Shown here: piece by piece, positions 17,670 to 26,777 of the stretch | Layout of the letters: every line of letters begins with the position of its first letter | How positions within the stretch are numbered: position 1 is the first letter of the stretch | Assembly (NCBI GenBank): GCA_028709785.1 | Contig: JAQUTK010000009.1 | Location: 32,200 to 96,199 of the forward strand | DNA length: 64,000 nucleotides | Source: Bacteroidales bacterium | Lineage (GTDB): Bacteria; Bacteroidota; Bacteroidia; Bacteroidales; JAQUTK01 | Reading direction: 5' to 3' | The notes under the pieces: generated by a model | Seen by the model: only the letters and a program-made list of their open reading frames with translations | Told to the model about the DNA's origin: nothing | The model's database searches: none | Translations under genes and position numbers: made by a program

Positions 17670-19721
17670 ATGAAGAAATACATTTTTGTTATTGCCACAG
17701 CGTTATTATCGCTGACAGGTGCTACTACATTATCAGCTCAGACTGAAACCGTAGCAATGAAATCAGGTGATTCCCTGCTGATTGATCTGGATGGTTACAG
17801 AGCCGGCACTATTAGCTGGCAAAGTTCATCAGACAGTATTGCCTGGACAAAGATTCCGATGAATTCGGCTTCCACCTTAAAGTACAAAATCATGAAACCT
17901 CAGTTTATCCGTGCTCGGGTGAAAGAGGGGACCTGCGGATATTGTTATTCGGATGTGCAGACGGTGAATATGGAACAGACCTTTAGTGTTTCTACCAACA
18001 AAGCATATACCGAACCGGCCGGTTCGGGCTTTACCAACAGTGGTGGAACGATCACAAGCTGGACCAACCTGACTAAGAGTGCGGTATGGTACTTATATCA
18101 GAAGGCGGGCACCTATGACCTGAATTTGGATATCAAGGCGACAGTCAGCGCGACGGCTCGTCAACTGGAACTCAGTTGCACGCCTTGCTACGACCTTGGC
18201 TTTGATGCGGTGAAAGACACCATAGAATATAAGGGAATAGGGAAAAGAGATACAATCTCCGGATTGAAACTGGTGATTCCTCAGACGGGATATTACCGGT
18301 ATGAGTTGAAACCTCTTGGCAGTATGTCGGGGGTTACGATCTATCCGCTTTCGTTCTATTCTTTTACAATGCCGGGTGTCGAGACCACTCCGGAAGTGCA
18401 TGGCACAGATTATCTTTCTTCTCCGTCGGTGCACCTCAGCTTCAGTTCGACGGCAAGTACGACAAAAGAGTATAACTGGATCTATGAAGAGATAATGGTT
18501 CCGCAGGGATATGACCCGTTATATACCTACTGGATGTCATTGGGCTTCTTCCGTGGCTATATGGGAATTCAGACCAACAGTGCTACAGAACGTCGTGTCC
18601 TTTTCTCTGTTTGGGATAGTGTGGATACGGATACCAATCCGGATGCTTCAAAAGATAGTCTGGTGTCGTTGGTTGATAAAGCGGACTATGTGACGGCCAA
18701 CGGATTTGGAAATGAAGGTACCGGTGGACAGTCGTATGTGAAGACGGCCAACTGGAAAGTGGATCAACCGGTGAAGTTTTTGATGAATGTGCGACGCGAC
18801 GCGGTGAAGACATTGGATGGGCAAGGCAATGTAATAAAGACGAAGCCCACAATCATATTGTCTGCCTGGTATTGTGTGGATGAGGCGGAAGGCTGGAAGT
18901 ACGTCGCAACCTGGAGAGCCCCGTTTGACACTCGTATGTTTGATGGTTTCTATTCATTTATCGAAAACTTCGGTTATTCTAATGGGCAACAAGTTCGCAA
19001 GGGTTATTACTATAATGCGTTCGCTCAGGAATATTCTACCGGTAAGTGGGTGAGTCTGAATAAAGTGGGATTCTCGCATACGGATGGAGCAGAGGGACAG
19101 CGTGTGGACTACGAACAAGGTGTAGCTCCGGAATATCCCGATCGCTTTTATATGGCTTCAGGCGGATATACGCCGACTAAAAAGACGGCCAATCAGATTC
19201 CTTTGCAGACAAATGCTCCGACCATGGATCTGACTCCTTTTACCGCACGGGTAGATGCAGCTCTTGAAGCAGAAGCCGAATTAAACAATATCGTGTACAA
19301 GGACAAGACCGGATGGACGGTAGAGAGCTTTACTTCACAGGAGACCTCGGGTGAGGGTACAAATGGTCGGGCCGCACAGATTATCGATGGTAATACCAGT
19401 ACCTATTGGCACTCAGCATGGACAGGTACACCGGCAACCTATCCGCACCAGTTTGTTGTGGATACGAAAATTTCTCAACTGGTGAAAGGATTTAAGTTTA
19501 CCCTCAGTGGTGGTACCAACCGACATATGAAGGACATCAAGATTGAAGGCAGTGAGGATGGTTCGACATGGACACAGTTGATGCGCAAAGATGCACCGGA
19601 TTCAGAATCTTATCTGCTGAAACTGGACGCCGCTTCTACCTTCCGTTACTTCAGGCTGACTATCTATTCGGGATGGAGTAGTGAGATACATACACGTATC
19701 AATGAGATAGATCTGTTTTAG
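17670..19721 (+). CDS. Secreted DUF5077/DUF3472-like protein with extra N-terminal Ig-like region and C-terminal F5/8 type C module
   Basis: Signal peptide MKKYIFVIATALLSLTGATTLSAQ. The core is nearly identical to 4566..5924. The tail ...IIDGNTSTYWHS...FRYFRLTI... is discoidin-like. It starts only 9 nt after the T9SS cargo gene. Confidence 0.8.
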   Translation: MKKYIFVIATALLSLTGATTLSAQTETVAMKSGDSLLIDLDGYRAGTISWQSSSDSIAWTKIPMNSASTLKYKIMKPQFIRARVKEGTCGYCYSDVQTVNMEQTFSVSTNKAYTEPAGSGFTNSGGTITSWTNLTKSAVWYLYQKAGTYDLNLDIKATVSATARQLELSCTPCYDLGFDAVKDTIEYKGIGKRDTISGLKLVIPQTGYYRYELKPLGSMSGVTIYPLSFYSFTMPGVETTPEVHGTDYLSSPSVHLSFSSTASTTKEYNWIYEEIMVPQGYDPLYTYWMSLGFFRGYMGIQTNSATERRVLFSVWDSVDTDTNPDASKDSLVSLVDKADYVTANGFGNEGTGGQSYVKTANWKVDQPVKFLMNVRRDAVKTLDGQGNVIKTKPTIILSAWYCVDEAEGWKYVATWRAPFDTRMFDGFYSFIENFGYSNGQQVRKGYYYNAFAQEYSTGKWVSLNKVGFSHTDGAEGQRVDYEQGVAPEYPDRFYMASGGYTPTKKTANQIPLQTNAPTMDLTPFTARVDAALEAEAELNNIVYKDKTGWTVESFTSQETSGEGTNGRAAQIIDGNTSTYWHSAWTGTPATYPHQFVVDTKISQLVKGFKFTLSGGTNRHMKDIKIEGSEDGSTWTQLMRKDAPDSESYLLKLDAASTFRYFRLTIYSGWSSEIHTRINEIDLF

Positions 19722-19785
19722 ATTGATCCGTATTGGATGTGAAAGAGATAAGGAAGCTTCGGAAGAAGTTTCCTTATCTCTTTTC

Positions 19786-22254
19786 TCATTCATATAGGAA
19801 TTGTGCTGTCGCTGTGCAGTTCTTATCCGTTGAGAATGCAGCCCAATGAGCGCTGAAACCTTTTGGAAAAGTGTACTTTACCGGTACTCCTGCTTTGAGC
19901 TCAAAGTGTTTATAGGCCACCTTCTGATCGGTATAATGAGCGAATGTAATCCATAGAGTCACTTGGGTGTCCCGATCAGAAGAGAGCGTCAGCATCTTCT
20001 TGTCATAACCCGTCATCAGATAGGGGTCACTGATTACATCTTTTTGTACTGCACTGTTTTTCCATGGGCCACCATGGCCGACAGGTTTGCCTAATTTCCA
20101 CAAATCGTCAATGCTGCCAAACCAAAGGGCGGCATCACCACTTTTGTTTTTGAAGAGATGATCGGAGGGTTGTGCCGATTTATATACACCTGAGAGGACA
20201 AGCAATCCATTCCATGTGCAAAAATCATCAATCATCTTGGCATGCGAAGAGATAGGACGCATCATCTCATACAGCGGTTCCTTTCCAATGTACAAAAGCG
20301 GCAACTCATAAAAAGTACCATGTATATTTGCTATTTCGCGTTCAGACTCCAGTTCGCGAACGGTTCTCCCCGTTGTATAACTGTCAAATAACGGATTGCC
20401 TTTAGGCAGTCGCAAATTCCCTTTGGAGGTATGAAGAATGACAGATGCGTCATCCACACTCCAATTTGCAACATTCTCTGTATTTGTTATTGATGCTCTG
20501 GAAGCCAAAGAATCCACAATACCCGATTTGAAGTTGAAATTGAGTTTCTCAAACTCATATTCCCCTTTTTGAAGTTGTTTTCCTCCTTTCGTTAGGGTGG
20601 TATAGCATGAGAGATTGAAATTGCACCGGTTAGCAAATAGTTTGGCTGTAAGCACCTCTTCCTTTGTATCAATGTCAGCAATAGCCTCAAACAGTCGGCT
20701 GAACTTTGCCGCATCCTTATAACGATCAGTGGTGTAGTGAAGAGCGAAAGTAACGATACCAGCATTAACCGGTTGTATGCGCAGCCACTCACCTTTCAGC
20801 GACTTGGAAAAGATAAAACTATTGTACGCTCCGGCGGGAAGTGTAATGCGCTTGTAGTCAGTCCAGAAACCATTCCCTTTCTTATCTATCTGGATGATAA
20901 AAGTAAATGGCTGTTTGTCGTGATTGATCATGTGAGCGATTCGGTTATCAAATCCAGCCAGGAGATAGGGATCGCTGAATGTTCCTTTCGAAACAGTATC
21001 TTGAAGCCAGATGGCTCCATAGCCGGTAGCAGGCCCCCAATCTTCAAAGTCCCGTTTGGTACCAAACCACAAGTTTGATTGTGGTTGCCCCGTCAGCGGG
21101 TTTCCCTGAACACTTGACTCATCAGTGGCAATAACGATCTGTCCGTTCCAACTGCAGAAATCGGGGATATAACGCAAGTGAGAGGCAATGGGTCGGATCC
21201 CGGCACTATTCCCGATGGAAAAGGTTGCCGGAAAATCATAGAACATGCCGTGCATATCCATCATCATCTGGTTGTTCCCTATCTCCCGGATACGTGGCCA
21301 TTCTGTAAACCATCCGTGCGACGGATCATTATTGAAAGCTGCTTTGGGCAGCAAGAAGGTGCTCCAGCTACCGTTTTCCATGACTTTTAAACGAATGGAA
21401 CGTTTATCCCATCCCATACTCCAAAGTGCTGATTTCTCATCTGGTATCGCATAGATTCCATGCCGGGTGGTGACATCGGTATATTGTTTGCGCTCTACGA
21501 TACGAAACCCTTTTCCATCAAATTCAGCCAGTGTACCTCGTTTTTCTACACCTCTCTGTCCGGCAACAGGCACTTGCCAGTCTTTATCCGCTTCAAAACC
21601 TTCGTCCTCTCCGTTATTCGCCAGGATCAGTTTCCCTTGTGACGTGTATCCTCCTTTACCATGCCACCCCGGCAATGGGTTATGGTACAGTTTCTTTACT
21701 TCCAGTGTATACACATTTGCTTCGTACAGCATTCCTTCCATATCATAGTAATAGACTTTATTGGCCGGATCTTCCAGGTGACGAGCAATGGCTGAGATAC
21801 GTCCGGGCATTGTCAGAATCGGAATTGTCCGTATGTTTCCTTTCTTGTCGATCAGATAATGACCGATCAACAATTGGTTGGATTCCTGATGAATCATACG
21901 GGCGGCAGGTGTGCCTCCAACGCTTCCGGGATAGATTGCCATCTTCTTGTTATTATCCAGAATATAGAGTTTGTGATCACTTCCTTTGGGTTGATGTGCA
22001 GCATAGTTCACCATGTAAAGTTTCCCTCCCCACACTGCAATAGCTCCAATACCACACTCATCGCCATATCCATATACTCCATTTTCACGTGCATGCGAAT
22101 AGGTCGTAAGATGGGGATAAACACCACTGATGAGAATATCTCCGGTGATGGAAGTTATTTGCCCATTGGCACTTTGCCATTCTGTTTTTGAGAAGCTTGA
22201 ACTTGTACCCAGTAATAGTGTTGCAAATGCACAGCCTATCCAAAGATTTTTCAT
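19786..22254 (-). CDS. Secreted hypothetical protein (822 aa) with internal duplication of about 190 aa; no family recognised
   Basis: The ATG at 22254 gives MKNLWIGCAFATLLLGTSSS (signal peptide). The two repeated modules begin REIGNNQMMMDMHGMFYDFP... and RELESEREIANIHGTFYELP.... They share ...DFC(S/T)WNG..., ...LWFG..., ...SDPYL(L/M)(A/T)G(F/Y)D.... Confidence 0.75.
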   Translation of the reverse strand: MKNLWIGCAFATLLLGTSSSFSKTEWQSANGQITSITGDILISGVYPHLTTYSHARENGVYGYGDECGIGAIAVWGGKLYMVNYAAHQPKGSDHKLYILDNNKKMAIYPGSVGGTPAARMIHQESNQLLIGHYLIDKKGNIRTIPILTMPGRISAIARHLEDPANKVYYYDMEGMLYEANVYTLEVKKLYHNPLPGWHGKGGYTSQGKLILANNGEDEGFEADKDWQVPVAGQRGVEKRGTLAEFDGKGFRIVERKQYTDVTTRHGIYAIPDEKSALWSMGWDKRSIRLKVMENGSWSTFLLPKAAFNNDPSHGWFTEWPRIREIGNNQMMMDMHGMFYDFPATFSIGNSAGIRPIASHLRYIPDFCSWNGQIVIATDESSVQGNPLTGQPQSNLWFGTKRDFEDWGPATGYGAIWLQDTVSKGTFSDPYLLAGFDNRIAHMINHDKQPFTFIIQIDKKGNGFWTDYKRITLPAGAYNSFIFSKSLKGEWLRIQPVNAGIVTFALHYTTDRYKDAAKFSRLFEAIADIDTKEEVLTAKLFANRCNFNLSCYTTLTKGGKQLQKGEYEFEKLNFNFKSGIVDSLASRASITNTENVANWSVDDASVILHTSKGNLRLPKGNPLFDSYTTGRTVRELESEREIANIHGTFYELPLLYIGKEPLYEMMRPISSHAKMIDDFCTWNGLLVLSGVYKSAQPSDHLFKNKSGDAALWFGSIDDLWKLGKPVGHGGPWKNSAVQKDVISDPYLMTGYDKKMLTLSSDRDTQVTLWITFAHYTDQKVAYKHFELKAGVPVKYTFPKGFSAHWAAFSTDKNCTATAQFLYE

Positions 22255-22300
22255 GATACGTTCTTTTGTTAAAGTCTTTTTATCCAATGATTATTATCCG

Positions 22301-22308
22301 CAAATATA
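22301..22308 (-). promoter_or_regulatory. Candidate -7 promoter box (TATATTTG on minus strand) for the 822-aa gene
   Basis: The plus strand reads CAAATATA. It lies 46 nt upstream of the ATG at 22254. Confidence 0.35.
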
Positions 22309-22353
22309 TCATTAATAATCGGCAGTATGAAACACTCCTTTAGCTATTTGCTT

Positions 22354-22361
22354 TATCTTTG
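22354..22361 (+). promoter_or_regulatory. Candidate -7 promoter box (TATCTTTG) for pabB-pabC
   Basis: Exact TAnnTTTG match, 50 nt upstream of the ATG at 22411. Confidence 0.4.
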
Positions 22362-22410
22362 TCCAATTGCCGCTTGACATCTGATTAGAAACAAGACTAT
22401 ATGAACCTAA

Positions 22411-23424
22411 ATGAACGAAACTGCGATTGAGGGCTTTCCCTATGAACTGCTTGACAGAGCATCACTACGTAAGCGAATGAATGATCTGGCAGGAGAAGGA
22501 ACGCCTTTTTTATTTATCATTGATTATGAAGCGCGACAAGGTTATGTAATTGTCAAGGATCTGATAGATCCCGAATTCATCCGCTTTCAGATTGGTAAGG
22601 AAAATACCGCTCATTCTGCTTCAGACAGTCCGAAAAGAGAGTTACGTTGGAAAGTCACTCCCGTTTCCAAAGAGGAGTATCAGAAGCGGTTTGCTTTTGT
22701 GGTCAATCAGATACGTTCAGGCAATTCCTTTCTGACCAACCTGACGCAGCCTTCTTTGCTGACTACAAATCATTCGCTTCCGGAGCTCTATCAACGGAGT
22801 TCGGCGAAGTACAAGTTGTGGCTGAAAGATGCGTTTCTCGTGCTCTCCCCCGAAACATTTGTGACTATCCGAAAGGGTGAAATTGTTTCCTGTCCGATGA
22901 AAGGAACTATTGACGCCACTCTGGAACAAGCGGAGAAACAGATCCTGAACGATCAAAAGGAACTTGCCGAACATGCTACCATTGTTGATCTGATCCGTAA
23001 TGATCTCAGTATGGTGGCCGGCAATGTACGGGTGACACGTTTTCGTTATGTCGAGAGAATACGGACCATGCAGACAGACCTGTTGCAGGTGAGTTCGGAA
23101 ATAAAAGGGGAACTGCCTACGGACTATCAAAAGCGGATAGGAGATATCATCTTCAGTTTGCTTCCGGCCGGTTCGATCTGTGGAGCACCCAAAGAGAAAA
23201 CACTTGACATTATCCGACAGGCGGAAGGCTATGATCGTGGCTTTTACACCGGTGTTTGCGGCTACTTTGATGGTCAGGATCTGGACAGTGCGGTAATGAT
23301 CCGTTACATCGAACAGGAAGGTGACCGTCTCGTCTTTAAAAGTGGTGGTGGTATTACCTCTCAGAGTCATTGCGACAGTGAATATAATGAATTAATACAG
23401 AAGATCTATGTGCCGGTTTCTTGA
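22411..23424 (+). CDS. pabB: Aminodeoxychorismate synthase component I (short chorismate-binding enzyme)
   Basis: Chorismate-utilising enzyme motifs are present: LSPETFVTIRKGEIVSCPMKGTI, ...HATIVDLIRND... and GSICGAPKEKTLDIIRQAEGYDRGFYTGVCGYFDG. It overlaps a class-IV aminotransferase-fold gene. Confidence 0.8.
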   Translation: MNETAIEGFPYELLDRASLRKRMNDLAGEGTPFLFIIDYEARQGYVIVKDLIDPEFIRFQIGKENTAHSASDSPKRELRWKVTPVSKEEYQKRFAFVVNQIRSGNSFLTNLTQPSLLTTNHSLPELYQRSSAKYKLWLKDAFLVLSPETFVTIRKGEIVSCPMKGTIDATLEQAEKQILNDQKELAEHATIVDLIRNDLSMVAGNVRVTRFRYVERIRTMQTDLLQVSSEIKGELPTDYQKRIGDIIFSLLPAGSICGAPKEKTLDIIRQAEGYDRGFYTGVCGYFDGQDLDSAVMIRYIEQEGDRLVFKSGGGITSQSHCDSEYNELIQKIYVPVS

Positions 23425-24010
23425 AACGATAAAGTTTGTACACGGAGAGCATCAGAACCTTGATAGACATCAGGCACGGGTGAATGTGACCTTTCAGCAG
23501 TTCTTCCCGGGTGTGCCTCCCATCTTATTGCAAGAGATACTTTCCTCACGTGAGATCCCTGAAGGAGATGGAACGTACAAATGCCGTCTGGTCTATGATA
23601 AACAGGTGCAGCAATTGGAGTATCTGCCTTATTCTTTGCCTTCAATTACTTCCTTACGACTTGTCGATACGCGTATGGAATCCTCTGTCTGGAAGCGTGC
23701 CGATCGCACGGAATATAACCGTGCTTTTGCCTTGCGCGAGGAGTGCGATGATGTCTTGCTGATACGCAATGGTCTGCTGACGGATACCTCCTATTGTAAT
23801 ATCGCTTTATGGAATGGTACTACCTGGGTTACTCCGCTGACCCCCATGCTCTATGGTACACGAAGGGGCGAACTGTTATGTCAGAAGGCAATTGTGGAGA
23901 AGAATATTCCGGTCAGCGAGATATTCCGGTATCAGAAGATACGTTTGTTTAATGCCATGATTGGTTTCGGCGAACTGGAATTTGAGATCACGCCTGCAAC
24001 AGTTCGCTAA
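23408..24010 (+). CDS. pabC: Aminodeoxychorismate lyase-like protein (aminotransferase class IV fold)
   Basis: 200-aa ORF with a 17-nt overlap with pabB. MCRFLETIKFVHGEHQNLDRHQARV... is the typical N-terminus of the short Bacteroidales class-IV fold proteins found next to pabB. Confidence 0.7.
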   Translation: MCRFLETIKFVHGEHQNLDRHQARVNVTFQQFFPGVPPILLQEILSSREIPEGDGTYKCRLVYDKQVQQLEYLPYSLPSITSLRLVDTRMESSVWKRADRTEYNRAFALREECDDVLLIRNGLLTDTSYCNIALWNGTTWVTPLTPMLYGTRRGELLCQKAIVEKNIPVSEIFRYQKIRLFNAMIGFGELEFEITPATVR

Positions 24011-24037
24011 TCCTGTCTTCTGCAAATCAGAAATCAT

Positions 24038-24045
24038 TATCTTTG
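24038..24045 (+). promoter_or_regulatory. Candidate -7 promoter box (TATCTTTG)
   Basis: Exact TAnnTTTG match, 26 nt upstream of the ATG at 24071. Confidence 0.4.
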
Positions 24046-24070
24046 ATGCCCGGAACCTAATAATCAATAT

Positions 24071-25363
24071 ATGATAGAAAAGAGTGAAAGAGAGAAGATT
24101 ATCGCCTTGGTCAAAAGAGAGGTGATACCAGCCATTGGATGCACCGAACCGATTGCTGTGGCACTTTGCACCGCACGTGCTTGTGAGATACTCGGTGTGC
24201 AGCCCACTTCCATTGATGTATATCTGAGTGCGAATATCTTGAAAAACGCGATGGGCGTAGGCATTCCCGGCACAGGTATGGTTGGTCTTCCGATAGCAGT
24301 AGCCTTGGGTGCACTGGTTGGAAAGTCTTCTTACCAGCTGGAAGTGCTGAAGGATGTCACTGCAGCGGATGTGGAAAGGGGGAAGCAACTGATTGACGCG
24401 AAAGTGATTCAGATTGGTCTTAAAGAAGATAGTACAGAGAAACTTTATATAGAAGTGAACTGCTCCGCAGGCTCAGAGCGGGCAACCGCCGTGATTGCCG
24501 GAGATCATACCCACTTTGTCTATGAAGCGAAAGGATATCAGCTCTTGCTCAACAGCCAACAGACTTCGGAGAAAGAGGAAATAGATTTGCTGCAACTCTC
24601 ATTCAGCAAGGTGTATGAGTTTGCGATGGAGTCGCCACTCGGGGAGCTGGCTTTTATCCTTGAGTCCGCACGGTTGAACAAAGGTGCGGCAGAGTTTGCA
24701 CTTCAAAAAGGGAAATCCTACGGACACGGACTCGGCAAAATGCTCTATGAGGTTCGTCAACAGAAGATGATGGGAGAGGGACTCTTTCCTGCGATACTTT
24801 CCTATACGGCAGCAGCTTGCGATGCACGAATGGCCGGAGCGATGGTACCGGTGATGAGCAATTCGGGAAGCGGTAATCAGGGGATTGCGGCAACCCTTCC
24901 GGTCGTGGTTTATGCAGAGAAGAACGGAATCACAGAAGAGCGCCTGATCCGTGCACTGATGTTGAGTCACCTAACCGTCATCTATATCAAACAAAGCATG
25001 GGACGATTATCTGCATTGTGCGGTTGTGTGATTGCCGCCACAGGATCAAGCTGTGGTATCACCTATCTGATGGGAGGCAATTACGAACAGAGTACCTATG
25101 CAGTCAAGAACATGATTGCTAATCTGACCGGGATGGTCTGCGACGGAGCCAAACCGAGTTGTGCGCTCAAGCTGACCAGTGGAGTTTCGACAGCTCTTTT
25201 CTCAGCCATGCTGGCGATGGAAAATAAATGTGTGGAATCGGTAGAAGGAATCATCGATGAGGATGTCGAGAAGAGTATTTACAACCTCGTGCTGATCGGT
25301 TCGCAGGGAATGAATGAAACGGATAAGCTGATACTGGATATCATGACGCATAAATGCTTGTAA
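24071..25363 (+). CDS. UPF0597 / L-cysteine desulfidase-family protein (serine dehydratase alpha-chain-like)
   Basis: 430 aa. The N-terminal ...VIPAIGCTEPIAVALC... and the glycine-rich ...SNSGSGNQG... are typical of this family. Confidence 0.7.
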   Translation: MIEKSEREKIIALVKREVIPAIGCTEPIAVALCTARACEILGVQPTSIDVYLSANILKNAMGVGIPGTGMVGLPIAVALGALVGKSSYQLEVLKDVTAADVERGKQLIDAKVIQIGLKEDSTEKLYIEVNCSAGSERATAVIAGDHTHFVYEAKGYQLLLNSQQTSEKEEIDLLQLSFSKVYEFAMESPLGELAFILESARLNKGAAEFALQKGKSYGHGLGKMLYEVRQQKMMGEGLFPAILSYTAAACDARMAGAMVPVMSNSGSGNQGIAATLPVVVYAEKNGITEERLIRALMLSHLTVIYIKQSMGRLSALCGCVIAATGSSCGITYLMGGNYEQSTYAVKNMIANLTGMVCDGAKPSCALKLTSGVSTALFSAMLAMENKCVESVEGIIDEDVEKSIYNLVLIGSQGMNETDKLILDIMTHKCL

Positions 25364-25370
25364 AAAAAGA

Positions 25371-25399
25371 AGAACCCTCATCTTTCGGATGAGGGTTCT
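25371..25399. terminator. Bidirectional intrinsic terminator between convergent genes
   Basis: AGAACCCTCATC, loop TTTCG, then GATGAGGGTTCT form a perfect 12-bp stem. An A-run lies upstream (25362-25369) and a T-rich tract lies downstream. Confidence 0.7.
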
Positions 25400-25406
25400 T
25401 TGTTTA

Positions 25407-26759
25407 TCAAGGCAGCTCTTTGATCTTTACATTCTTGTAAGAGACCTGATCGCCATGGTCTTGCAGCAGGATAAGACCTTCTGCGGCATTTCCAAAGTTT
25501 GGCCAGTTTGCATATTTACTGTAAGCGACGAGTGCATTCCATTCCTGTGTGTTACGTTCGTAGGTGATGAGTTTGGTTCCGTTGAGCCAGTGTTCCACTG
25601 TATTGCCGTTGACCACAATCATCGCGGTGTTATACTCTGCAAAGACGAATGGTTTCTTTTCCGGTGCAGGAATCAGGTCGTAAAGAGAACCCAATGTACG
25701 GTTGCCTTTTACACCCAGCTTGGCATCCGGATGTCTGAGGTCGTCAAGTATCTGAAACTCACAACCGATAGCCGAACCTTCACCTTTGTTGAGTTTGGTA
25801 TCCACAAAATACTTGATACCACTGTTGGCACCTTCCGTGATCTTGAAGTCAACCTTCAGTATGAAATTCTTGTATCCCCGGGTGGTTACGATATCACCTC
25901 CGAAAGCTGATTCCTTGCCGTCATTCTTAGTGACAGTGAGGATACCGTCTTTGATGGTCCAGCCTTTCTGAGGGAAGCCATCCAGTTTGGCGCCTCGCCA
26001 TCCATTGGTTGTCTTTCCGTCCCACAAGAGTTTCCATCCTTCTTTCTTCTCCCGTTCAGAAAGGAAATTAGGCTCGTTGCTCACCAGCGGTGCGACTCCT
26101 GAAGCCGGAGTCAGATAGTTCTCTACATTCTTTGTGCAGATACGAATATTTCTCCAACCGATAGTCTTGCCGGCATTTGCCTGATCCACCTGGTGAATCT
26201 GCAGGGCGATAAAGCCGCGGGCAGTCTGATCATCTGTCAGGTTAGCGCAAGGAACCCCATTGATAAAGGTGCGCATATTGGAACCGAAGGCTTCGATGCG
26301 TGCTGTATTCCACTCTTTATTTTTGAATGCGGTCTGAGCAGCCGGGTTTTCCGTTAGCGGATAGAGCCATCCTTTGCGGGCTTCATCATAGATACCTCCA
26401 CTCCAGGCACGGGTAGAAGGATCGATTTCAAACTGGTAGCCGTGTACGCGTCCGTTGTTATAAGTTGGTAAACTCTCACTTCTGAACTGTACACCGGAGT
26501 TGATGCCATCATCCACACGGAACTCAAATTCCAGAATGAAGTTGTCATACGTCTTATCGGTACAGAGAAACGTGTTGGGCGTACCGGTTTTGGAAGTTCC
26601 GATGATTGCCTTGTCTTCTACCTTATATTCAGCAGTACCGTTGAGAACTTTCCAGCCTTTCAGATTCTTTCCATTAAATAAAGAGGTCCATTGCGGTCCT
26701 TTTGCACTCAGATTGATCGAGAGCAGCAGAGCTACCGCGAGTATCAGATTTCTTTTCAT
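25407..26759 (-). CDS. Secreted protein with two DUF1080 (3-keto-disaccharide hydrolase-like) domains
   Basis: Signal peptide [29 protein letters not shown]...NFILEFEFR...NSGVQFRS is repeated as [11 protein letters not shown]...NFILKVDFK...NSGIKYF, which is the DUF1080 signature. Confidence 0.85.
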   Translation of the reverse strand: MKRNLILAVALLLSINLSAKGPQWTSLFNGKNLKGWKVLNGTAEYKVEDKAIIGTSKTGTPNTFLCTDKTYDNFILEFEFRVDDGINSGVQFRSESLPTYNNGRVHGYQFEIDPSTRAWSGGIYDEARKGWLYPLTENPAAQTAFKNKEWNTARIEAFGSNMRTFINGVPCANLTDDQTARGFIALQIHQVDQANAGKTIGWRNIRICTKNVENYLTPASGVAPLVSNEPNFLSEREKKEGWKLLWDGKTTNGWRGAKLDGFPQKGWTIKDGILTVTKNDGKESAFGGDIVTTRGYKNFILKVDFKITEGANSGIKYFVDTKLNKGEGSAIGCEFQILDDLRHPDAKLGVKGNRTLGSLYDLIPAPEKKPFVFAEYNTAMIVVNGNTVEHWLNGTKLITYERNTQEWNALVAYSKYANWPNFGNAAEGLILLQDHGDQVSYKNVKIKELP

Positions 26760-26777
26760 GTGTTGTTTTGTATACGA

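Noticed and set aside
22289-22320. 8-bp AT-rich inverted repeat GATTATTA...TAATAATC around the minus-strand -7 box
   Set aside because: It is short and AT-rich in an AT-rich intergenic region, so it is compatible with chance. It is not comparable to the 16-bp perfect ArsR palindrome.
25389-25910. 173-aa plus-strand ORF overlapping the 3' part of the DUF1080 gene
   Set aside because: It is antisense to a gene with duplicated DUF1080 signatures, and it begins inside the bidirectional terminator hairpin. It is a shadow ORF.
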